Below, in pieces: positions 47,788-56,693 of a stretch of 56,693 nt of DNA. The DNA comes from Chromera velia. Its lineage: Eukaryota. Made by a program: the position numbers and the translations under genes. The stretch lies in the NCBI GenBank assembly GCA_018398765.1, contig JAHBMJ010000120.1, positions 1 to 56,693 on the forward strand. Direction: 5' to 3'. The notes under the pieces are model-generated. The model saw only the letters and a list, made by a program, of their open reading frames with translations, did no database searches and was not told where the DNA came from. Every line of letters starts with the position of its first letter. The first letter of the stretch is position 1.

Positions 47788-49180
47788 GTGGGAAGGGGAG
47801 AAATTCATCTGCGCGGCCGTCTCCAACACATTTTTTGTGGGGCGAATTTCGTATGCAGGCCCGCAAAGCAGTTGCAAGCACACAAAGACTTTTTGAAATT
47901 GAAGAGGACAGGCAGAAGTCGGCAGAACGTTGTCAATGACACCCCCTCCAGCAGAGTTGAGGCACTGGTTCACTCAGTGGACTGGAGAAAGCAATTGGGT
48001 GTGAGCAACTATGAGACGCTTGCTGAGGAACTGGAAAAAGAAGATTCGAAGCTTACAAAGGACGAGGGAGAGGATTCAGGGCTCTCAGACAGATCAACTG
48101 ATGTAGGCGATGAAGAAGCTGCGATTTCCTACTTTGAAAAGCTCTAGTCCGTCATCTAAGAAATTGATGAGCAAGAGAAAAGAGAGAACGAAGAAGAAAA
48201 AAATGTAGAAATAAAACGGGGGGAAGAGGGAGAAGAGGACAAAGACGCACGGGAAGAAGGAGAGGAAAGTGGAGAGGAAGAACGAGGGGATGAGGGAGAG
48301 GAAGAGGGAGGGGCAGACAGAGAGGAAGGACAAGGGGATGAGGGGGATGAAGAGTCGGATTCAGAGTCGGATGAAGACTGGGAGCCATGGACGGTGACAG
48401 ACGATGAAGGTGAGAAAGAGGAAGAGGATCGCCCTGTGCCAATCGAAGTCAACGCAGAAGGAGAAGGGGGGAAAGACCAGTTCAGACGCCTGGTGGTGCT
48501 TAACCAGGAGGGAGAGCTCAAAGCGATTGGTCTCGTCTTGAATGCAGAACAGAAACGGCAGAGAGACTCAGACTTGACTGGCGTTGCTCGTGAAAATTTT
48601 TAGCTAGGCAAGGCAACGCGAGCAGATAGAGTCAGAGTGGGGGGGCCTGGTGAGACTGACTATGAGGCTCCTATTTTGATGGAGAAGACCATTGTATGGA
48701 TGAAGACAGAGAGAGATAATGTGCAGCCACTGGCAAGTGCTCAGCCCACTGCTTCCTTTGCTGCAGCTGCAGCTGCGGCTATTAATACAGAAGGTAGGAA
48801 AAAGGGGAGAAAACGACAATAGGAGGAGAGAGCAGCAACAGAGGTCCTGGAATTAGGAATTATTGACGTTATAAAGTCGGCAAGTGGCACCGAACTATCA
48901 AAAAGAGTTTTTCTGAAGCCTAAGAACAGATCAATAAAGTTGGAGGTTCTTTGTTGTGTGCGGAAAACCGAATCCATCGATGCAGTGTCCGTTTTGTTTG
49001 CTGTATATCAGAGAAAAGACTGGTCTGAGCATGTCTGAGCAATCTCTAATGGAGAATGTTGCTGGGGTTTGTGAGGGGGCCTCCTACGTAGAAGCTCCAG
49101 AAGATGCAATGTCTGACTTAGCAGGATACATTCTGTTAGCAAAGCAGAAAGTAGAGCTCATTGAAGCCAGAGCGGGCTAA
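47788..49180 (+). pseudogene. Decayed acidic/charged coding remnant, unidentified
   Basis: A series of coding-like fragments (47788..48147, 48394..48603, 48637..48822, 48956..49180) broken by TAG stops. Confidence 0.35.
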
Positions 49181-49357
49181 GCCTTGCAAGTTCTTTGAAA
49201 TCACAGCTATCCTACTTAAAGTTTTTTTGGCCGCTTTTTGTATGAAATGTTGTTACAGTAGTCTCCTCTTTGTTTATCACCTAGCTTATCATGCACCAGC
49301 TTTGTCACTAGTATATAATAACAGATCAACTACTAAACTCACTATACAAACTAGTAT

Positions 49358-52300
49358 CGTAACATTGTGAGGCTAACCAGCCACCCAACGATATGTAAAG
49401 CAGCATGTTAGACAGTATCGAGGTGCGCGCAGTTCGAGCGCATTCGCATTTATGCAATTAAGCTACGCACATGCATGCATGCAGTCAGCTATGAGTCAAG
49501 CCATTATACAAAAGTCTATAGGGAAGCGTCTGAAAGTAGTAACCTTACATGACAGAACTTCTTATACCATATGAGCCCCGTACAACAAGCTAGCCACTGC
49601 ACCACACTCCGTTACGTGGTAGCAGAACAAAACGATCAGCCTCAGTGGAGTTCACAGACCGTCCGTCTCGCGTCGTGAACACATTCTCTGTCTGACAGTG
49701 TGAGGTCTCTTTGTAGCTTCACACAGCTTGCACTGACTACGCACACAACCACTACAACAAACAGAAAGTACGAGTTCATTGCTTTGTCTTGTGAAAAGTT
49801 CTCAGAAATCTTCAGTAGCACGTCGGTCATATCGATTTGGGAACGTTTTCAAAATGTTTTTTCGCTTGTATGTGAACTTCAAAAATTTAAGGACATTCCA
49901 TCCGGAGAAGTGCAAGCGAACGGTGAGAGCCTCTTGAAGGAAGGGTTTGAGATTGCAGAGCGACTCTTGGAGTCCGTAGGAGCCAGTAGACCATCTGGTT
50001 CACCAACTAGGGTTTCTGAGAAGCAGAGTGCAGTCCAACATGCGACTCGATACACCGATACGGGCAGACCGAAAACTCACAGAAGTTGCAGGTTGACAGA
50101 GGCGGCCTGGAAGAAAAAAGTGGCAGAGCAAACGCAGTCTCAGCAATCATCTGAGCACTGTAATGCTGGTTGTCCAAAAGGTTCAGCAGGGAGAGGGAGG
50201 AAACAGAAAGTCCAGCAGCTCAGAGACGTCTTCTCTGAAGGCATGCGCAAAGCCCCAGGCGCACATGGAAATGCAAATCGAAGTAGAGAGAGGGGTAAAG
50301 CGAGCAGGCGAGGTTTTGGCAGTAATCAGTCGAAGATTTCTAGTCGTTCGCAATAACAGAGGAGGCCGGACCGGGGAACAGAGAGAAGAGGGAGAATTAT
50401 TCTACCAGGTACCCCAGGGAAAGAATTCTGTATGAGAGAGAGGGATGTGGATTGGATCGAAGAAACCCTGGGTGATGGCGGTGTTCGCACGGCTATGTGC
50501 AGTCGGGCGTTTCCAATCAGTCGCAGCAGCAAACAGATGTGCAAGTGTTTGGGGTGCGAGAGGGAAGTGTTCCTGTGAGCTCTGTGGGAGCCACACTCGC
50601 TGGAACTCCAAGCATGACGTTCGACTTCGGTCAGTCGTCCCAGAAAGAAGGCAGAGGGACGTGGGAAGTGTAAGAGGGGAGTGGGATTATCAATTCCGAT
50701 GGGGGCGTATTCTTTGCAACGCTTCAGACAACTTTTGATTTCGGTCAGAGCTCCCCTGTGATGGCTCCTGCCGGAGGGGATAGTCAAATGAGTGAGTCCA
50801 CTCCCTAGGCCCAGATCGGAAAGAGTAGGAAGGAAGAAGGAGGTGTGGAAAAGGACCTGTTTGAGTCGTTGTATGGAGTTGGAAGTTGGGAGCGGAGAGA
50901 GGAAATCCATAGCCAGAGACCGCATAGTACGTCTTTGCAATACAACTGTTTGGAGACAGGTAAGCAGAGAAATGACTTTGACGGTAGGAATCTAGGGAAA
51001 GCAGAGAGACAGAAACAAAAGCGCCAAGAGAAAAAGGAGAGAAGGAGGCAGGAAAAGCATGAAAGGGAAATGTTGACTGTGAGGCGAAAGAAGGAGACAG
51101 ACAGCCCTTGGTCTCCTCTGCCTCCAATCAATGAAGGAGTGGAGGAACCGGCAGTCTCGTCTGATGGTTTGACACCGTCTCGTCAGGCCAGGCGTTGGCA
51201 AGAGAGAACGGAGGCGAAGAACAAAGAGAAAGAGAGAAGGCAAGCAGCCCATGCAAAACCAAAGACGTCAGTCCTACCGCGTAATCCGCTCCAGCATGAG
51301 TATTGGGAGGATGTGTCTCTTCGTTTTCAGTTGGGAAGGGAGGACTTGACTCCAAATGTTCAGGGAATCGGCATGGCAGACTGGGATGCATTTTTAGTAC
51401 GTCGTGGATGTGGACAGATAGGGGAGACATTTTACGGGGAGATATATGGAAATGGAGGGGGTGTGATGCCGTGTATACCAGAAGTGAGACTTGCAGTGCG
51501 GCAGATGAGGAGCGTGCGGACTGCCCGCACCTCACCGCAGCCTTTTATCAGTCCACAATCTCCATTAGAACAGTGACACCAAGCTGGAAGAGAATCGGAC
51601 GGAACAGATGGCCTAGGGTATTTCACTAGAAAAAAAAAATAATAAAAATTAATTTTATACCCCCCCCTTTAAGTATGTAAAACACTCTAGACATCTAAAA
51701 GTATGCTCAATGTGGTTCTTTACCTAAAAGAACCTTCATAAACTTAAAAAAAGACTTGTAACATCATGATTTATGATGGTTATTTAATTTTTTTTCTTTA
51801 TTGTTGTCCACGTGCGTGTCACACTCTCTCTAACCGAGCGTGGACGCGGCCTTGAAGGGGGAGAGGGCATATACACTAGGTATACGGTGGAGTCAGTATG
51901 GATGGTGGTTGGGAGTAACTGTTGTGATTGTTTGACTGGAGTGAATAGTCATTATGAGCTGATGATGTGAAAGAGAAGAAGAGCCACAGAAAAGATGATA
52001 AAGGAAATTTAGAAAACAGAAATGAGAGAGATGAAAGAAAAGAAAAGAAAGACGATCTTTGGTTTTCTACGACGCCGCAGGTATAAGGAAAAGCGATGAT
52101 CTAATCAACGATCATCACTCCATTGCCCAAAAGAGTTGCATAAGAAGATTCATTTGCATTCTTCATATAAGCCAGTGTGAACGTGGCTTCAGGGGGGAGG
52201 TGGCACGTAACGTTGTGAGGCTAGCCAGCCGCCTAACGATACGCAAAGCAGCATGTCAGACAGTATCGAGGTGCGCACAATTCGAGCGCATTCGCGTTTG

Positions 52301-52464
52301 TGCAATTAAGCTACGCGCATACATGCATGCAGTCAGCCATGAGTCAAGCCATTGTACGAAAGTTTATAGGGAAGCGTCTGAAAGTAGTAACCTTGCATGA
52401 CAGAACTTTTTATACCATATGAGCCCCGTACAACAAGCTAGCCACTGCACCACACTCCGTTACG
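49358..52464 (+). mobile_element. 3.1-kb non-autonomous LTR retrotransposon with CG...CG termini
   Basis: 259-bp LTRs at 49358-49616 and 52206-52464, each CGTAAC...GTTACG. 5-bp TSD AGTAT. PBS TGGTAGCAGA (tRNA-iMet type) at 49617. PPT AGGGGGGAGG at 52191-52200. Confidence 0.93.
49700..51576 (+). pseudogene. Decayed gag-like coding region inside the CG-ended LTR element
   Basis: Long ORFs 49700..50356 and 50845..51576 lie just downstream of the PBS. No RT or integrase motifs found. Confidence 0.45.
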
Positions 52465-52750
52465 AGTATATAAAGTTGACCTAGAATTTGACTAGAAACT
52501 TAAGTGGCATTGTTTCAGGCTTTGTCAGGAATTTCATTTTGAAAATGACTTTTACAACATTAGTTTACATACATTACATACATACATATATATATACATA
52601 CATACATTCTTGATGGACAGAATTTCATGTATGTATTTATATATAAACCACACCTAGAATGTTAGGTAATGTAAAAAAGATTTAAAAAGATTAATGATTT
52701 GTAACTGTTGCAGTAGTTGATCAATCAATTGAAACTTAAATACAATTAAT

Positions 52751-53590
52751 TTGACTCAGACACTAAGATCGGATATTGTTCGAATGAGAGAGAAGCAACT
52801 GGAGAAGAGGAAGGGAAGGAACCCGTCAAAGCAAGCCACAAAAGACAGCATGCGCCGCCATGTCGAGTCCCTCATCAAAGATGGGGCACTCTCGAAAGCT
52901 GTCTCCCGCCTAGGCTCCCTGGGCATCGCAACGCCAACCATGAAAACATACCGCAAGCTGAAAGAACTTCACCCCCCTCGTAGGACCCGATATGAGACCA
53001 AGCCCCTTCCCACAGACCCCCCCCGGCTAGAGCTCACACTAGACTCCCTCCTCCAAGCAGCCCACTCAGCCGCCCGTGGCTCTGCACAGGGCATCTCAGG
53101 GTGGCGCTACGAACACATCCGCTTCTTTCTCCCTGGTGACGGGTCAGGGGGGGGGGCGGGATCGTGTGCCCTTCTCACGATGGCGTAGTGCCTTGCAGCG
53201 GGCAATGCCCCTCCGTCCCTCCTCCGCTTGCTAGCAAGCGGGAGGTCTTTTGCCCTTAACAAGGATACGAAAGGAGATAAAGTGAGACCGATCACCATCG
53301 GGGACGTGCTCCGAAGATGAGTGACCAAGGCCATCTTGATTGAGTACGGGGAGAAGTTCGAGGAGCACCTCGGCGCTCTTTAGTATGCGGTCAGAACTAG
53401 CGCAGGGGCAGACAAAATTTTCTGAGCCGTCCAAACCTGCTTGCAGCTCTGTCCTAACTCCATCTTCCTTCAGATAGATGCAAACAATGCGTTCAACACG
53501 TGTGATAGACAGAAAGCGATGGATCAATTGCGGGAGCATTTCGGAATCCCTGAGCTCTATCGTTTCTTTTCCCTCTGGTATGGCACCTCT
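52751..53590 (+). mobile_element. Truncated non-LTR retrotransposon RT fragment (RLE-type, CRE-like)
   Basis: One frame: LKELHP, SAQGISGWRYEH, ALNK...VRPITIGDVLRR, (Q)YAV, QIDANNAFN and LWYG, with four in-frame stops (TAG, TGA, TAG, TGA). Confidence 0.88.
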
Positions 53591-54826
53591 GTCGATTTCG
53601 TTGAAGCACTTCGAGCATTTCTGCACATACATGCATCGCATCCATGCGCAGGGAGAAGGTGAACAAAGGCAACTTGGCGAGTCAGGCCATACAAAGCTCT
53701 GGCGATTCAGCATTGCGCAGCCACGCCTGTATGCAGCGCCACATACAGGTGTTTGTGGACTCTTCTCCATGTCACAACTGACGCCCAACAGGTTTGATTC
53801 TCCTCTCTTCACCATTTCTGGTCAATTTACTATTACCAAAATGCAAGGTGATGATAAATCAAGCGCATCGCGTGCAAAGGGGATCAGTCTCTGCGCGTGT
53901 GCAGCGAGAGGGACCTGTTACGGGGAACCAAGCTGCTTTGACACAAACGGCCAAACAATGCGAAGTGCCATGCGAGCTTTGATTTGAGCAAGACGTACCC
54001 CCATCGCATTCGTTCCATAGCTGACATGTCAGCTTACCTGAAGTTTTTTCTCTCAAAGTTGCCTTTCGGCTGGTAAGAGGGGACCGTTGTCATTGTGGCT
54101 GATGTTCCTTCACAGCGTCCAGTTCCTGCGGCTGGTCCTTCGAGAGCTCGGGCACTTCAGAGAAGACCTTGTGGTTCTGCACCCACGTCCTCAGGTGTGT
54201 GAAGGCCTGTCCTGCGTCCAGCTCGTTCGTCAGAGAGACGTCAAGGGAGAGGAGGGCCGGATGATCGAGTGGACGCGTGATCGCGGGCTTGCGCTCCAAC
54301 TGTTTTCAGAATCACAAAACGAAAGGCGTGTCCTAAAAAGCAGAAAGAGAGGACTCAGCAGACTGTTGGTGCTTGTGTAAGTCTGTCAGAAAATTAAGGT
54401 CCTGGTTATTGATGAAGCGTTCGGCAGACTGCTTGATTGACATGCATGTTTGGCAACTGCAGTGCAGTTAACTTTTCTTAATTTTTGCATGCACGATCAT
54501 GATCGATGGAGACGCGCATGCATGAAAAATTAACAATTAATTAATTAAAAATTCAGGACGCGCGCTTTGCGCGCGGAGGAGGGCCCTTACGGTAAAAAAG
54601 GGGTCGAGGAACGGTGGTCTGACAGATCTAGGGTCAGATCTGGGTGGCTTGGGCTGCCTGACATCCGAGAACATCCGAGAACATAAGAATGCAAACACAA
54701 ATCTTGTCGTCTAAATCTGTCTCGATTGATTTGATTTGTGTGCATTTTCTGAAAGGGGTTCATTGTTCAGAACTTTCATACTGTATCGAAGGCTGTGTTG
54801 CTTCACTTTCTTTTCTGCTGTCTCCA

Positions 54827-55010
54827 TGCAACCGGTAGGAGTCCGACCACAACTTGGACAGCACAGCGGTACGTGCGTCCATGGTAGGACGTCAAAGTGC
54901 GTTGCTTGTGGAGGAAGGGCACAATGCGAGTACGGTCGTCGTCCGAGTCGGTGCAGGGACTGCGGGGGGTCTGAAGTGTGCCATCATGGCCGCAGCAGGC
55001 ACTTCTGCAG
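54827..55010 (+). CDS. Cys/His-rich C-x-HGR...C-x2-CGG repeat exon (putative zinc-binding repeat family)
   Basis: CVHGRTSKCVACGGRAQCEYGRRPSRCRDCGGSEVCHHGRSRHFC, ending at a GT donor-like site. Confidence 0.5.
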
Positions 55011-55759
55011 GTGCGCGCTTCTTTTCGGCGGGTACATGCGCATTTTTCACTGTGCTCTTGCAGTCGCGGTCGATTCACAGCTTCATGCGTGACTGCATTC
55101 AGGTACGGAGGATCTTCTTGCGGAAGGCAGGGGAGGGGGTGCTGTGGCTCGCTCTGGAGGCGGCAGCCGAGTGCGACTCGCGTCGGATTGGCGAGGTTCC
55201 CCCCCAGGAGGACCTGCACGGGGTACGTCAGGGTTGTCTCCTTCGGCGCGCGCAGTCTGCACACGCCTGTGGGCTCTAAATCTAGAATCCGCATTCCCTC
55301 TCTCGTTTTACCTGCCTGCAGGTCTTAAGCAGCCCCTGGCTGGGGGCGATTGCTGCAAGCTGGAACTCGAATCGGAGCTGGAGAACTCGATGAGTTGGCG
55401 GTCTCTATTCCTTGTCTTTGCTGGGTCCCGCGCAACTTCGTTTCACGCTGTGCTTGTCTCTCCTCTGTGCAGCACTTCCGCCGCGACGGTGTGAGAGGAG
55501 GCGAGCCGTTCGAGGAGCGCCACGGGGGAGCGGACACGGGCGTTGCCGCAGGTCGGTTTTCAGTTAGTTCGGTTGGCCGTTGTCGAGACTCCAGGTCGGC
55601 ATTCGTTTGCATCCGCAGTCTGATCGTCTGCTGTTGTCACCGCATCTCGTCGCGGTTTTGGTGTTGGTTCTCCGCCTCTCGTTCTCCTTTCCCCAGCCGT
55701 CTCCTTCGCATTCCGTCTGTGCATCCCGTCGTTGCTGATCGACTGCGTGCGTGTTGCAG

Positions 55760-56085
55760 AGTGGACGCTGTCGAACAAGACGAAGAACCGGCTCGCCCAT
55801 GCGTACCACGGGAACGGAACGGTGGAGGAGAGGATCGAGAAGGTCGAGGGAGAGATCGAGGAGGTGAAGGGGAAGATCCAGAAGGTGGAGAAGAATTTGC
55901 TTGCGATCGACGAGAATGAGGAACGGACGCGAAGTGCGCATGGTGCCCTGTACTACAAGCTGTCGGAGGAGCAGCTGAGGAAGAAGGAGGAGCAGCTGAG
56001 GGACGATTTGAAGCAGCTGAGGAAAAAAGAGAACCTCCTTCTCGCCGAGAAGCAGCAGCAGGCCTCCTCCAGCTCCGGTCAGTGA
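55760..56085 (+). CDS. Coiled-coil exon (EEQLRKKEEQLR type) of an unresolved spliced gene
   Basis: TTGCAG acceptor followed by a heptad-rich helix with strongly biased codons. Upstream exons not resolved. Confidence 0.5.
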
Positions 56086-56129
56086 ACGCAGGCAGTCATC
56101 CCTGAAGTCCTCGTGCACGTTGTCCGCCC

Positions 56130-56693
56130 CCAAATTTCTCCAGCATACATCAGTCACCGCCATCTCTTTAGATTGACTTCTTTTTTTGGCGTGCGTCCGT
56201 GCGTCACCGTCAGCTACCTCTGTGGCTGCGTTCCCGTATGCGTGCGTGCGTGCGTGCGTGTGCCTGGTCTACTAGATTGAAGTCCGCGTGCGAGTTCGGG
56301 TCGGTGCATCATGGATGGTCGCGGAACTCAGCTAGACGGGAGCGGGCCAAACGAAAATTTCTCCAGCATGCTGTAGACTGACGTGCCGTGAGGGTGTCTG
56401 CGGGCCTTCCCCTTTTCTTCTTTGCCGGAACGAAAATTTCCCCAGCATACGTTTGGTGTCTCCAGATTGAAGTGCCGAGAGCTGTGTGTGATCGAATGGC
56501 TGTTGGTCCTACGGTGTTCGGTGCATGCTCGTTCACGTGTGTGCGTGGCTGAAGGTTGATTGCGTCGTTCCGCTTGGCTGGTCGTCGTGTGTGTGGGGGT
56601 GGCTGAAGGTCGATTGCGTCCGTCTGGCTGGTCGGATTGTGTCTGGTGTGCCTGAAGATCGACTGCGGCCGAACGAAAATTTCTCCATGATAC
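56130..56693. repeat. Dispersed short direct repeats running off the window end
   Basis: AACGAAAATTTC(T/C)CCA recurs at about 56350, 56430 and 56672 (partial at 56132). GGCTGAAGGTYGATTGCGTC recurs at about 56547 and 56601. Confidence 0.65.

Noticed and set aside
50440..50520. Possible aspartic protease motif (LGDGG...CSRAF) in the CG-ended LTR element
   Set aside because: It lacks the D(S/T)G signature and the frame is broken, so it is too weak to call.
1..56693. tRNA, rRNA or prokaryotic operon/defence systems
   Set aside because: None were recognised by eye, and the spliced gene structure shows a eukaryotic nuclear locus. A covariance-model scan was not possible.

Overview
This is intron-rich eukaryotic nuclear DNA from a photosynthetic organism with a secondary plastid, most consistent with a chromerid such as Chromera velia (inferred from the bipartite plastid leader, microsatellite-filled GT-AG introns and gene-family style). 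Intact genes: a 14-exon Mg-chelatase subunit D (chlD, minus strand), an 8-exon Dicer-type DExH helicase plus DUF283-like gene with no PAZ or RNase III (minus), and, head-to-head with it, a Cir_N/Slu7-C-terminal splicing-factor-like gene. Most of the rest is decayed mobile DNA and pseudogenes: a Ty1/copia element split by a 6.4-kb TIR element that itself holds a long-TIR element with a cargo ORF and a MITE, a 565-bp foldback palindrome, a MITE with an 8-bp TSD, a 3.1-kb LTR element with CG...CG termini, a non-LTR RT fragment, and ankyrin and MYND pseudogenes. The strongest signals are (1) five repeat pairs that I aligned by hand differ almost only by C:G/T:A transitions (about 57 transitions to 1 transversion, including CpA and CpT contexts), suggesting a RIP-like or dense-methylation defence process; (2) the non-canonical CG-ended LTR element; (3) the stand-alone Dicer helicase module. 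All counts and splice models are manual; no database searches were run.
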